Counted from the first letter of the stretch, positions 48,765-59,320 are shown. The stretch is 64,000 bases of DNA from Candidatus Latescibacterota bacterium (GCA_965206595.1 OZ242214.1:6368001-6432000); one strand, 5' to 3'. A program made the numbers and translations. The notes: generated from the sequence alone by a model not told the origin.

Positions 48765-51683
48765 ATGACCCGATCGTTGGCCTTGGCATGGCGGATCGCG
48801 GCCGCGCTCGCCGTCGCCATTCCCTCCTGGTCAGAGCCCAAGCTCATCGAGGCGTCGGACCCGTCGGACCCGATGGCCGTTCACGTCTACCGCCTGAAGA
48901 ACGGCCTGACCGTATATCTCAGCGAAAACGATCAGAAACCCAGGTTTCACGCCGAGATCGCGGTCAGGGCCGGCAGCAAGCACGACCCCGAAATATCCAC
49001 CGGAATCGCCCATTACCTCGAGCACATGCTGTTCAAGGGCACCACCCGCCTCGGCACGCTCGACTACGAGACGGAGCGGGTCCATCTCGACAGCATCACT
49101 ACCCTCTACGAACACCGCTTCGCCGAGACCGATTCGACACGGCGCCGGCATCTCTACGCCCGTATCAACGAACAGGGGCAGCTCGGATCGCGGTACGCGG
49201 TCCCCGGCGAGCTCGACCGGATCTACGCGGCCCTCGGGGGGGAAGGTCTCAATGCCCACACTTGGATCGAAGAGACGGTGTACAAGGTCGACCTGCCGGC
49301 GAATCGACTTTCCCATTGGGCCCGGCTGGAGGCGGAGCGCTTCTCGCAGCCGGTGTTCAGACTGTTCCAGACCGAGCTCGAAACCGTGTACGAGGAGAAA
49401 AACCGCTCCCTCGACAACAAGGACCGCCTCCTCCGGGAGGCGGTGAACCGCCGCCTCTACAAGGTTCATCCCTACGGGCAGCAGACCACCCTCGGCTCGC
49501 TCGAGCACCTGAAGAACCCGTCGCTCGAGCTGATGTACGAGTATTACCGCACTTGGTACGTGCCGAACAACATGGCGGTGATCATCTCGGGCGACATCGC
49601 CATCGGGGAAACGATCGCCCTGATCGACAGCGAGTTCTCCGACTGGGAACCGCGGCGCCTGCCGAAGCCGAGGAAGTGGAAGGAAAAGCAGCTGAAGGAA
49701 GTCGAACGCCTCGAGGTCGTCTACCCGGGGGAGGAGTACGTGCTGCTGGCCTTTCGCACCGCCCCGAGCACGCACGCGCACACCGAGGCGCTGCAGGTGC
49801 TCGATTACATACTCGACAACGCCACCGCCGGGCTCATCGACCTCAACCTCAACCAGAAGCAGCTGGTGCGGCGCGCCGGCTCCTGGACGACGTCCCACCA
49901 CAACAGCAACGACTGCGGAGCCCAGTATCTGTACGGGGTTCCCAAGGAGGGGCAGACCCTGGGGGAAGTCGAGGCGCTCCTGCTCGAGCAGGTGGAGCTG
50001 ATCAAGTCGGGGGAGTTCGAAGACTGGATCATTCCCGCCATCGTCACCGACTGGAAGAAGGGATACCGCCTCAGGCTCGAGGAGAACGGCTCCCGAGTCG
50101 GCCTGATGAACGAGGCATTCCTGTCGTTTCAGGATTGGGGCCGCGCCCGCCGCAAGCTCGAGCGCATGGCGAAGCTGCGCCGGAAGGACATCGTCAAGGT
50201 AGCGAGGAAGTACTTCAGCAGCGGCTACGTCGCCGGCTACCGCCGCGACGGCAAGCAGGAGCTTCCCGAGATCGAGAAACCGGTACTGGATCCCATCGAC
50301 GTCGACCCTTCCAGGCAGTCCGCCTTCGCCGCCGAGGTCCTCGTGCTTCCGAGCGAAGAGATCGAGCCGGTGTTCGTGGAATCCGGCAGGGATTTCACCA
50401 GGAAGAAGCTGCGCCAGGGAGTCGCTCTTTACTACGCCGCCAATCCGCTGAACGACCTGTTTTCATTCGAGATATCGGTCGACGTCGGCAAGCTGGCGGA
50501 CGAGCGGCTGGGGGTGGCCGGGCGGCTCCTCGACAAGTCGGGTGCCGGCGACCTGAGCGCCGGGGAGCTGAAGAAGGAGTGGTACCGCCTGGGAACGGAG
50601 TTCTCCTTCTCTCCGGGCAGTCACGCGACGGCGATTTCGATCTCCGGGCTGGACGAAAACTTCGCGGCCTCGATCGATCTGATGATGGAGATCCTGAACC
50701 GGGCGGCGGCCCCCGGCAGCACCCTGGATGAACTGATCGAAATCATCCTGGCAGAGCGGCAGGATGCGGTCAAGGATCACAACACCGTTCACCGTGCCCT
50801 GTTCCGCTACAACCGCCATGGAGGCAACTCTTCCTACCTGCGGGTCGTCCCGAACGAGCGGCTCCGGCGCCTGACAGTGGGGGAATTGCACGGGCTCGTG
50901 GCGAGCCTGTTGTCCTACCAGCACGACCTGTCTTATACCGGCTCGCTGCCCCTCGAGGAAGTGACGGCGACGCTGTCGCAACGGTACCCGCCTATGGCAG
51001 CCCAACTGAAACCTCCCCCCCCTTTCGAGGCCTTGGAGATACGTCGTCCGCATGAGACCGAAATCCTGTTTTTCGACAAGGAGATGGCCCAGGCTCTTGT
51101 GCGCATCGAATCCGGTGGGGAGACCTACGGCGAAAGCAGGCGCCCGCAGATCGACCTCTTCAACGAGTATTTCTACGGCGGCATGGCCGGCATTGTCTTC
51201 CAGGAACTAAGGGAAGCCAGGGCCCTGGCGTATTCGACCTGGGCCTGGCTGTTCCCGGGAACCCGCAAGGAGGACTACGACCTGTTCTCCGCCTATATCG
51301 GCTGCCAGGCGGACAAGACCCCCGAAGCGGTCGGGGTGTTCCTCGAGCTGATCGACGACATCCCCGCCTCGAAAGAGCGCTTCGCCTCGGCGCGAAAGGC
51401 GCTGTTAGAGCAGTACCGCACCCGCAGGCTCGGGTTCAGGGACGTGCTGGGGGCGGTGCATAAGTGGGAACTCCAGGAAGTCCCGGTCGATCCGAGACAA
51501 CAGCGCTTCGAACGGATCCGCTCCTCCTCGCTCGAGCGGCTGCTCGACTACCATGCCGAGCATATCGGCGGGCGGCCGAAGATGATCTCGGTCGTGGGGG
51601 ACGGATCGAAGATCGATGTCGACCGGCTCGCCCGGTACGGCAAGGTGGTTACCGTCGGAACCGAGGATATTTTCGGGTATTGA
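48765..51683 (+). CDS. Secreted M16 (insulinase/pitrilysin) zinc peptidase
   Basis: Signal peptide; GIAHYLEHMLFKG (HxxEH); VYEEK; FQELREARALAYS. Confidence 0.95.
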   Translation: MTRSLALAWRIAAALAVAIPSWSEPKLIEASDPSDPMAVHVYRLKNGLTVYLSENDQKPRFHAEIAVRAGSKHDPEISTGIAHYLEHMLFKGTTRLGTLDYETERVHLDSITTLYEHRFAETDSTRRRHLYARINEQGQLGSRYAVPGELDRIYAALGGEGLNAHTWIEETVYKVDLPANRLSHWARLEAERFSQPVFRLFQTELETVYEEKNRSLDNKDRLLREAVNRRLYKVHPYGQQTTLGSLEHLKNPSLELMYEYYRTWYVPNNMAVIISGDIAIGETIALIDSEFSDWEPRRLPKPRKWKEKQLKEVERLEVVYPGEEYVLLAFRTAPSTHAHTEALQVLDYILDNATAGLIDLNLNQKQLVRRAGSWTTSHHNSNDCGAQYLYGVPKEGQTLGEVEALLLEQVELIKSGEFEDWIIPAIVTDWKKGYRLRLEENGSRVGLMNEAFLSFQDWGRARRKLERMAKLRRKDIVKVARKYFSSGYVAGYRRDGKQELPEIEKPVLDPIDVDPSRQSAFAAEVLVLPSEEIEPVFVESGRDFTRKKLRQGVALYYAANPLNDLFSFEISVDVGKLADERLGVAGRLLDKSGAGDLSAGELKKEWYRLGTEFSFSPGSHATAISISGLDENFAASIDLMMEILNRAAAPGSTLDELIEIILAERQDAVKDHNTVHRALFRYNRHGGNSSYLRVVPNERLRRLTVGELHGLVASLLSYQHDLSYTGSLPLEEVTATLSQRYPPMAAQLKPPPPFEALEIRRPHETEILFFDKEMAQALVRIESGGETYGESRRPQIDLFNEYFYGGMAGIVFQELREARALAYSTWAWLFPGTRKEDYDLFSAYIGCQADKTPEAVGVFLELIDDIPASKERFASARKALLEQYRTRRLGFRDVLGAVHKWELQEVPVDPRQQRFERIRSSSLERLLDYHAEHIGGRPKMISVVGDGSKIDVDRLARYGKVVTVGTEDIFGY

Positions 51684-51723
51684 AAAACGAGTGCGTCCCG
51701 TGTTTGCCCCCCCGGCTCCTTTG

Positions 51724-51752
51724 TTGACAGGGAATAAGCCCCCATCTAGGTT
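51724..51752 (+). promoter_or_regulatory. Sigma70-type promoter of tRNA-Met
   Basis: TTGACA-17-TAGGTT. Confidence 0.7.
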
Positions 51753-51763
51753 TCGATTTCCGG

Positions 51764-51840
51764 GGCGGCGTAGCTCAGTTGGTTAGAGCAGTGGAATCAT
51801 AATCCACGTGTCGGGGGTTCGAGTCCCTCCGCCGCTACCA
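51764..51840 (+). tRNA. tRNA-Met(CAT), elongator type (Ile2 not excluded)
   Basis: GGCGGCGTAGCTCAGTTGGTTAGAGCA GTGGA-ATCATAA-TCCAC ... GGTTCGAGTCCCTCCGCCGCTACCA; lacks the initiator GGG/CCC stem. Confidence 0.95.
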
Positions 51841-51859
51841 TACAAATGCCCGGCCGCAG

Positions 51860-51888
51860 GCATTCGAGTGCCCTCGAATGCTTTTTTT
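51860..51888 (+). terminator. Rho-independent terminator
   Basis: GCATTCGAG-tgcc-CTCGAATGC-TTTTTTT. Confidence 0.9.
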
Positions 51889-52220
51889 ATGCCCTTTCCA
51901 GACCTGACAGGTCAGCTGGCAGCCCTCGCACTGACTCTGCCCTGGGTCGGGCTGGCTGTGGCGTTATTGGCGAGCCACTCTCTCGGACAGCGGATGACAA
52001 TCGGAGTTGCAGCTGGTCTCGCCGGCACCGTTGCGACGGCACATCGGCTGGCGAGTTGGGGGCTCCTCGACCATGGGGCCCGTGGAACCGATTCGGGCCG
52101 GGACGCCGGAGCGTGCGGCCCCGGCTTCGCGTCACCCCTCAGGAGCGGTCAACCCAGTGGCGGAAGAGCGGTCTCATCTCTGCGGGCAGCCGGTCGAACA
52201 CCTCGGCCGGAACCAGGGGA

Positions 52221-52700
52221 CTACGTTCTCCGACAGCCCCCCGGCCCGGCGTCTCCCGAAGGGTTGTAGCCGAGCCGGTGGGATCCCGGCACCACGAGGG
52301 TGCCCGTATCCGCGGTGAATGGAGTGAGCATCCAGATCGTCCTCAGGTGCAGGTTCGCATCGGCGCACGGCGCCTGAACGTGCCCTGCCTTCTGTTGATT
52401 GAACGGCCAGTCGGCGTGCCAGGAGCCCCGTTCTCTCACCATGCAGGGGGGTTGTACGACACCCGCACGTGCTCCCCCAGGAGGGCCGGCCCAGCAGGCG
52501 AGACTCGGCGAGGTAGGGGGCCGAAGGACTGGTCGAAGTTGATCAGGCCGGACACCTTGTCGAGGCGGCTGCGCGGATCGTCGATCTTGCGGGCCGCGAC
52601 CGTGGCCAGGACGCTGCCCGCGCTCCCCGCCGACCGCGCCGGCCGGAATCACGCCTTCGAGCACGCAGAATCCGTCCTCGTCAATCCGGGTCCGGTGCGG
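52221..52700 (-). pseudogene. Degraded phytanoyl-CoA dioxygenase (PhyH) family gene
   Basis: EDGFCVLEGVIP, WHADWP, TIWMLTPFT, TLVVPGSH, separated by out-of-frame segments; no proper start or C-terminus. Confidence 0.72.
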
Positions 52701-52758
52701 GCGGGCGGTCACGGAATCCCTCGGCCTGGAGAACGAACAGCGGATTCCACGGGACGGG

Positions 52759-53781
52759 CTACCATGCGAGCCGCTGCGGCGCCCCGTCATCCTGCAAAGA
52801 TCGCTGCGCCGCCTCGAGCACCCGCACTACGCGCAGCCCGTCCCGCCCGTCGCTGCGCGGGGTTTTCCGTGAGCGAATGCAGTCGGCAAAATGCTGCGCC
52901 TCGAGGCGCAGGGGCTCGGCCATGTGGATGTGGGGGATCACGATGTCACCCAGCCGCAGGGTAATGGCATCGCCGTAGCTTTCGTACTCCTCGCGCTCGG
53001 CGGCCTTGTCGTAGATGCGCACCTTCTCGGTGCTCTCCATGTCGTCGAACACCGCCATTTTGCGGCTTCCCACGATCGTGAGCTTGCGGATCTTGTGCGG
53101 ATCGAGCCAAGACAGCTGCAGCTGCGCCATCTTCCCGTCGGGGAAATGCAGGTTGACGAAAACGACGTCCTCCACTCCCCGCCGCAGGTAGGACTCGCCG
53201 CGGGCGCTCACCGTGTCGGGGACCTGGCCCAGCAGGTAGAGCATCACCGACAGGTCGTGCGGCGCGAAGCTCCACAAGGCGTTCTCGTCGCGGCGCACGA
53301 TGCCGAGGTTCACCCGCTGCGAGTAGAGGTAGAATATCTCTCCCAGCTCCCCCCGGACGATCATCTCCTTGAGGAAATCTACCGCGGGGTGGTACTCCAG
53401 CAGGTGTCCGACCATCAGGGTGCGCCCCTGCCTTTCCCCCAGCTCCACCAGTTCTTCGGCCTCGCCGCTGGACAGGGTCATCGGCTTTTCGACGAACACG
53501 TGCTTGCCCGCCTCCAGTGCCGCCCTGGCCGCGGCAAAATGGCGTATCGCCGGCACCGCCAGCACCACTGCCTCCACTTCGCCGTCGGCCAGCACCTCGT
53601 CGTACGACGACGCCACCTCAGTATCCGGGTACTGCGCTCGCATCCCCTTGCGGATATCGGCATTGGCGTCGCAGACGGTCTTCAAACGGATATCGGGAAT
53701 GCTGTCGAAAACCCGCACAAGGTTCCTGCCCCAGTAACCGGCTCCCACGCAGGCCAGCGTCGTCCGATCCCCTGCACTCAC
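52759..53781 (-). CDS. Gfo/Idh/MocA oxidoreductase (WbpB/WlbA-like)
   Basis: VGAGYWG, HVFVEKP, MVGH, APHDLS. Confidence 0.92.
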   Translation of the reverse strand: MSAGDRTTLACVGAGYWGRNLVRVFDSIPDIRLKTVCDANADIRKGMRAQYPDTEVASSYDEVLADGEVEAVVLAVPAIRHFAAARAALEAGKHVFVEKPMTLSSGEAEELVELGERQGRTLMVGHLLEYHPAVDFLKEMIVRGELGEIFYLYSQRVNLGIVRRDENALWSFAPHDLSVMLYLLGQVPDTVSARGESYLRRGVEDVVFVNLHFPDGKMAQLQLSWLDPHKIRKLTIVGSRKMAVFDDMESTEKVRIYDKAAEREEYESYGDAITLRLGDIVIPHIHMAEPLRLEAQHFADCIRSRKTPRSDGRDGLRVVRVLEAAQRSLQDDGAPQRLAW

Positions 53782-55082
53782 AGCCCCCTCACTTTCGCCG
53801 CTTCCCCGAGCGGTCCCAGGACGTTGCGGGTATCGACGATCAGTTGCGCCTTGCAGGCAACACGGCTCCAGTCGCAGGCCGAGTGCGCCGTCACTATCAC
53901 GACGCAGTCGGCCGCCTCGAGCTCCTCTCCCTCCAGCTCGACGGAGGCGAGATCTTCCCCGTATTCAACGGAGAGCCTGGGGACGTGCGGGTCGTGGTAG
54001 GACACCTCCGCTCCCCTGCGCCGCAGCAGCTCGATGATGCGCACTGCGGGACTCTCGCGGACGTCGTCGACATCCGCCTTGTAGGCGACGCCTATGACCA
54101 GGATCTGCGACCCCTTCACCGCCCGCCTCTCGTCGTTGAGGGCGCCGGCGACCTTCTCCAGAACGTGATGCGGCATGTGCGCGTTCACCTTGTCCGCGAG
54201 ATCGATGAATCTCGTCTCGTAGTCCAGGCTGCGCATCTTCCAGGAGAGGTACAGCGGGTCGATGGGCAGGCAGTGTCCCCCCAGCCCGGGACCGGGGGAG
54301 AACTGCATGAAGCCGAACGGCTTGGTCGCCGCGGCCTCGATGATCTCCCAGACGTCGAGCCCCAGCCGGTCGCAGATCAGGGCGATCTCGTTGACCAGTC
54401 CGACATTTACGGAGCGGTAGGTGTTCTCCAGCAGCTTGACCATCTCCGCGGCGGCAGGAGAGGAGACCGGGACGACGACCTCGACCGCGTGCTTGTAGAG
54501 AGCCGCAGCCGCGGCGCTGCACTTCGGGGTCAGTCCTCCGATCACCTTGGGGGTGTTCCGCGTAGTCCAGCGCCGATTTCCCGGATCGACACGTTCCGGC
54601 GAGAAGGCGAGAAAGAAATCCTCGCCAGGCAGGGCGCCATCGACGCACAGCCTCGGGAGGATCAATTCCTCCGTCGAACCCGGGTACGTCGTGCTCTCGA
54701 GAACGACGAGCATTCCCGGGTGCGTGTAGCGCGCGATCTCGTCGCAGGCGGAAACTATGTAGGAGATGTCCGGGGCCTTCGTCTTGCTCAGCGGCGTGGG
54801 AACGCAGATGCAGACGCAATCCACCTCCTTGAGCACGCTGAAATCGGTGCCTGCCGAGAGCATTCCGGCGTCGACCAGCCGTTTGAGCTCGCCGCCGGCC
54901 ACCTCGGACACGTAGGAATCGCCGGCGTTGACTCGACCAGCCCTTTCCGGGTCGACGTCGATGCCGAAGGTGCGGATGCCGCCGCGTGCGAACTCCACCG
55001 AGAGCGGCAGGCCGACGTAGCCTATGCCGAGAACGGCCAGCCGCGCTTCCCGGCGTTCGATCTTTTCGATCAGGGCGCTCAT
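53778..55082 (-). CDS. Nucleotide-sugar dehydrogenase (UDP-GlcNAc 6-dehydrogenase, WbpA/WecC family)
   Basis: GIGYVGLP, CVPTP, ESTTYPG, SPER, KLLEN, GGHCLPIDP, DVRESP. Confidence 0.95.
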   Translation of the reverse strand: MSALIEKIERREARLAVLGIGYVGLPLSVEFARGGIRTFGIDVDPERAGRVNAGDSYVSEVAGGELKRLVDAGMLSAGTDFSVLKEVDCVCICVPTPLSKTKAPDISYIVSACDEIARYTHPGMLVVLESTTYPGSTEELILPRLCVDGALPGEDFFLAFSPERVDPGNRRWTTRNTPKVIGGLTPKCSAAAAALYKHAVEVVVPVSSPAAAEMVKLLENTYRSVNVGLVNEIALICDRLGLDVWEIIEAAATKPFGFMQFSPGPGLGGHCLPIDPLYLSWKMRSLDYETRFIDLADKVNAHMPHHVLEKVAGALNDERRAVKGSQILVIGVAYKADVDDVRESPAVRIIELLRRRGAEVSYHDPHVPRLSVEYGEDLASVELEGEELEAADCVVIVTAHSACDWSRVACKAQLIVDTRNVLGPLGEAAKVRGL

Positions 55083-56050
55083 GGAGCCGTTCTCCAGATC
55101 CAGTCGCCGGCGCTTCTGCCTTCGTTTCTGTACCAGGTAACGGTGCGCTCGATTCCCTCGCGCGCCGGAACGCGGGGCACGTACCCCAGCATTCGGCGCG
55201 CCTTGTCGATGCCGGCGAGGGAGCGCCTGATGTCGCCGGGACGTTCCGGTCCGTGACGGATGTCTCCCTCTGTCTGCAGCAGTTCCCTGAGGATTTCGAC
55301 CACCTCGTTCAGGCTGGTGGTAGCGCCGCACCCCACGTTGAAGACCTCCCCGCTGACCCCCTCGGCTTCCAGGGCCCTGGTGTTCGCGTCGACTACGTTC
55401 TTGACGTAGGTGAAGTCCCGCGCAAAGGTGCCGTCGCCGTTGATGGTCAGCGGCCTGCCCTCGATCAGCCCCACCGTGAAGATGGCGATGACCGCGGCGT
55501 ACGCGGAGCCGGGATCCATACCGGGGCCGAAAGCGTTGAAATACCTCAGGGACACCGTTTCGAGACCGTACAGCTGCGAAAAAACCCGGCAGTAGAACTC
55601 GCCCGTCAACTTGGAAACCGCGTACGGAGAAATCGGCTTCGGCACCATGTCCTCGGTGTTCGGCACGGTCTCGGTGTCGCCGTACACCGAGCAGGAAGAG
55701 GCGTTGACGAGCCGTTTCACCCCGGCATCCCGCGCCGCCTCGAGCAGGTTGAGGGTGCCGCCGACGTTGACGTCGTTGGTGGTAACCGGATCCTCCACCG
55801 ACTGCGGCACCGACGGCACCGCCGCCTGGTGGAGGACGAAGTCGACCCCGTCGACCGCTTCGCGCACGGTCCGCCGGCTGCGCAGGTCTCCCCCGACGAT
55901 CTCGATCCCGCCGGCGAACGGCTCGATGCGTTCCTGCCTGCCGGAAGAGAAATTGTCGAGGACGCGGACGCGGTGTCCTTTCGCCAGCAGCTCCTCGACC
56001 AGGTGTGAACCGATAAACCCGGCGCCCCCGGTTACCAGTGTCGACGTCAT
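55079..56050 (-). CDS. NAD-dependent epimerase (UDP-GlcNAc/Glc 4-epimerase, WbpP-like SDR)
   Basis: TGGAGFIG, HQAAVPSV, SPYAVSK, LRYFN, RDFTYV. Confidence 0.94.
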   Translation of the reverse strand: MTSTLVTGGAGFIGSHLVEELLAKGHRVRVLDNFSSGRQERIEPFAGGIEIVGGDLRSRRTVREAVDGVDFVLHQAAVPSVPQSVEDPVTTNDVNVGGTLNLLEAARDAGVKRLVNASSCSVYGDTETVPNTEDMVPKPISPYAVSKLTGEFYCRVFSQLYGLETVSLRYFNAFGPGMDPGSAYAAVIAIFTVGLIEGRPLTINGDGTFARDFTYVKNVVDANTRALEAEGVSGEVFNVGCGATTSLNEVVEILRELLQTEGDIRHGPERPGDIRRSLAGIDKARRMLGYVPRVPAREGIERTVTWYRNEGRSAGDWIWRTAP

Positions 56051-57027
56051 TCCGTTCCTCGTTTTTTCGTTGCCGGACATCCCTTTTTCGAAGTGCAGGC
56101 CGTTGGGTGGGCCTCCATCCACGCCCGGGTCCTTTCAAGACCTTCGCGGAGGTCCACCGATGGTTTCCAGCCTGTGAGAGCCGCGGCCTTGGAGCCGTCC
56201 CCCACCATCCCCGAGGGCTCGCCCGAGGGATGCTCAGGCTCCCGGGTGGCCACCCGGTCTCCGGCGATCATTTCCGCCAGCTCCCCGAGGCGCACCCCGC
56301 GGCCGCTGGCGGCGTTGAGCACCTCTCCCTCGCAGCGCCGCGAGAGCCCGGCCTCGGCTATCAGGGCGGCGCAGTCTTCCACGTACACGAAATCCCGGGT
56401 CTCCATCCCGTCCCCGCCAAGGACCAGGGATTCACCCGCCATCGCCCGCCGTTGCAGGCGAGCGACCACGCCGCCTTCCCCCTCGCCCCTCTGGAAGGGC
56501 CCGTAGATGTCGAACGGCCGCACGACGACGACGGGATGGCGGTAAGCCCGGTGGTATCCGAGGCAAAGGTTTTCGGCCGCCAGCTTGCATGCGGCGTACG
56601 GGGATCCGGGGGCCGGGGGATGATCCTCGGCAATGGCCCAACCGCCATCGCAGACCCGGGAGGTGCTGACCAAAACCATTTTGCAGTCGTACTCGCGGCA
56701 CATTTCGAGCAGCCGCATGGTGCCGCCAACGACGCAGTCGAAGGTCTCCTGCGGTTCTTCGAGCGACTTCCGAGCATCGGTTCCGGAGGCGAGATGAAAG
56801 CAGCACTCGAGGCCGCGGAAGAAAAGCTCGTACAAAGTTCCGGGATTCCGGACGTCCCCCCGGATCAGCCCCTCGAATCCGGGACGGCCGGAGAACTCGG
56901 CGAGGTTGGCGCGGCACCCCCCCGACAGATTGTCGAGGACGATGACCCGCTTGCCGCGTTGCAGCAACCCGGAAACCAGCCAGCGACCGATGAATCCGGC
57001 CCCGCCGGTTACCAGACAGAGTCCCAT
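56047..57027 (-). CDS. NAD-dependent epimerase/dehydratase
   Basis: TGGAGFIG, SPYAACK, RPFDIYGP, TRDFVYVED. Confidence 0.9.
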   Translation of the reverse strand: MGLCLVTGGAGFIGRWLVSGLLQRGKRVIVLDNLSGGCRANLAEFSGRPGFEGLIRGDVRNPGTLYELFFRGLECCFHLASGTDARKSLEEPQETFDCVVGGTMRLLEMCREYDCKMVLVSTSRVCDGGWAIAEDHPPAPGSPYAACKLAAENLCLGYHRAYRHPVVVVRPFDIYGPFQRGEGEGGVVARLQRRAMAGESLVLGGDGMETRDFVYVEDCAALIAEAGLSRRCEGEVLNAASGRGVRLGELAEMIAGDRVATREPEHPSGEPSGMVGDGSKAAALTGWKPSVDLREGLERTRAWMEAHPTACTSKKGCPATKKRGTE

Positions 57028-57190
57028 TCCGCCCGTCTGCGCGGATCGGCCCCGGCTGACAACGGCAGCCGTAAGATGCCCTTTCTCCCGCCCTCCGGTT
57101 TGATGATGTCTCGCCGAGTAATTAGAATTTTCCGCGTTTTCAGATTACTGTATCATTCAAAAATACATAAACTTGCGAGAATTTCACCCC

Positions 57191-58681
57191 ATGCCGAACC
57201 GCATCCGCAAAACCATGCGGAAGAACGGCCTGCCCCTGGCAGCGGCCGCTTTCGCCCTCGTCCTGCTCGTCGATCCACCCGCCCAGGCCGCGCCCCTCTC
57301 GCTGCGGGAATGCATGGATCTCGCGACCAGAAAGAATCTCGGGTACCTCAGCGACCTTCGCGATGTCGAGGCCACCCGGGAGCAGCTGCGCCAGGCGCGC
57401 TCCCAATTCGGGCTGGGCATCGACGCTTCCTTCGACCTGCCTACCTATACGGAGAGCCGCCAGCTCCAGGACAACGTCGCCCTGATCCAGAGAGTCCGTG
57501 AAGAGAACACCAATATGGTATACCGGGGCCGGACGACCTTGTCGCAACAGGTTCCTCAGGTCGGCAGGTTCAGTGTCACCGCCGCCGGCTCGCGCCAGGA
57601 TTTCAGCTCCAACCGCCGCTTGGACCGGCGCGAGTTCATCGGCGATCTCCAGGTCGCGTACACGCGCGACCTCCTGTTCACACCGGCCGCGGAAATCCAG
57701 CTGCAACAGGCCCAACTCGGGCTCTCGATCAGCCGATCCAACCTGTACCGCCGTGAGCTCCAGCTCGAGGAGCGGGTCACCAACTCCTTCTACGACCTCG
57801 TACAGGCGATGCGCGAGCTCGAGATCCAGAAGCAGCGGCTCGAGCAGTCGACGGCGGCCCTCGATCTCGCCCTGCGCAAGTTCGAGATCGGGCTCATCGC
57901 CGAAGTGGAGGCGCTCCGCCTCAAGGTCGAGAAGCTCAGGGCGGAGGCGGAATTCACCAGGGCGCAGACGCAGATCGAAAGCCAGCGCGACCGCTTGCGG
58001 GAGATACTCGGGATCGAGATGGACGAACCGCTCGAGGTGCTGACCGCGGTCGATCACCAAGTGGTGCCGATCGCCGAAGGACCGGCCGTCGAGATCGGAC
58101 TGCGCCGGCGCAGCGACCTGCGCCAGGCGGAGTGGTCGCGTCGCTCCTCGGAGCTCTCGCTCAGGGATCTCGAGCAGCAGCTGGGCCCGACTGCGCAGCT
58201 GACCACGCGGCTGACGCTGCTGGGACAGGGCCCGGAGGCTAGCGACATCAGCAGTACCTTCGAGCGCAGTTTTGTCGAAGCAGGCATCCGCATGGAACTG
58301 CCGCTCGTCGACGGTGGGGAGCGGCGCGCCCGCGTGCGCAGGGCGGAGATCGACCTGGAGAAATCACAGCTGAACCAGAAGTCGGTCGAGCGCGGGATCG
58401 TGCGCGAAATCCGCGACGCCGTGCGCACCGTCGGCGAAGCGAAACAGCAGATCGAGCTGGGACGGGAAGAGCTGGAAGTCGCCGAACGGACCTACGACGT
58501 GGAGCGCAGCCGTTTCGAGTTGGGGCTTGCCGACAGCCAGGAACTGCTGCAGGCGCAGACAACCCTGACCCAGGCACGGCTGGACGGGCTGCGCGAGGCG
58601 ATAGACTACCAGCGCGCGCTCGCCGGTCTGCGGGTCGCCACCATGGCCGACCTCGCGGAGTTGAGCGCGCCGGGGGAGTAG
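57191..58681 (+). CDS. TolC family outer-membrane efflux protein
   Basis: Signal peptide; two OEP repeats (RKFEIGLI / SRFELGLA). Confidence 0.92.
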   Translation: MPNRIRKTMRKNGLPLAAAAFALVLLVDPPAQAAPLSLRECMDLATRKNLGYLSDLRDVEATREQLRQARSQFGLGIDASFDLPTYTESRQLQDNVALIQRVREENTNMVYRGRTTLSQQVPQVGRFSVTAAGSRQDFSSNRRLDRREFIGDLQVAYTRDLLFTPAAEIQLQQAQLGLSISRSNLYRRELQLEERVTNSFYDLVQAMRELEIQKQRLEQSTAALDLALRKFEIGLIAEVEALRLKVEKLRAEAEFTRAQTQIESQRDRLREILGIEMDEPLEVLTAVDHQVVPIAEGPAVEIGLRRRSDLRQAEWSRRSSELSLRDLEQQLGPTAQLTTRLTLLGQGPEASDISSTFERSFVEAGIRMELPLVDGGERRARVRRAEIDLEKSQLNQKSVERGIVREIRDAVRTVGEAKQQIELGREELEVAERTYDVERSRFELGLADSQELLQAQTTLTQARLDGLREAIDYQRALAGLRVATMADLAELSAPGE

Positions 58682-58685
58682 GTCT

Positions 58686-59174
58686 TCAGCTGTCGTCGTT
58701 CGAATCCATCAGGGGATGGCTGAACTCCTCGTCCTCGCCGAAAATCATGCGCCGCGGCCTCAGGCGGGTGTAGTTCGGGATCTGATTCTTCTCTTCGGCT
58801 TCCTGGCAAGCGACGCACAGGCGTGCGGTCGGCAGGGCGTTGAGCCGCAGGGGCGGGATAAGCGGGCAGGTCGGGCACAACTCAAGCGGGGTCTCCAGAC
58901 AGGCCTCGCACTTTCCGTAGGTGTTGGTTTCGAGCTTTTCGAGGGCGAGGGTGATCTCCTCCAGCTCGCGGCGCTCCGTATCTCCCAACGCGACCAGCAG
59001 CTCCATGGTTCCCGCTTCCACGGCGCGGTCGAGATCGTCCGCCTTGGGATCCTGCAGGTGGTCGATTTCGGTCTCGTTTCCCTGCAGATCGGCGATCAAC
59101 TCGGCGCGGCGATCGAGAAGCTGCTTCTTCATCTTCTGGCGTTCTTTTTTGTTAAGCGCCGTTTTTTCAACCAT
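58686..59174 (-). CDS. DksA/TraR C4 zinc-finger protein
   Basis: DDLDRA, TYGKCEAC...RLNALPTARLCVAC. Confidence 0.92.
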   Translation of the reverse strand: MVEKTALNKKERQKMKKQLLDRRAELIADLQGNETEIDHLQDPKADDLDRAVEAGTMELLVALGDTERRELEEITLALEKLETNTYGKCEACLETPLELCPTCPLIPPLRLNALPTARLCVACQEAEEKNQIPNYTRLRPRRMIFGEDEEFSHPLMDSNDDS

Positions 59175-59320
59175 CCTGTTCTCCCCTGGAGGCCCCGCGG
59201 TTCCCTGCGGGGCGTGAATCGTGGGCGAGCGCCCGGGATCCGCCCGTCGCTCGCGAAGTTCCAGCGGTCCCTGTTTGCCGGAACTGGCCAGATCCATTCG
59301 ATACTCTGATTTTTTCGAGC

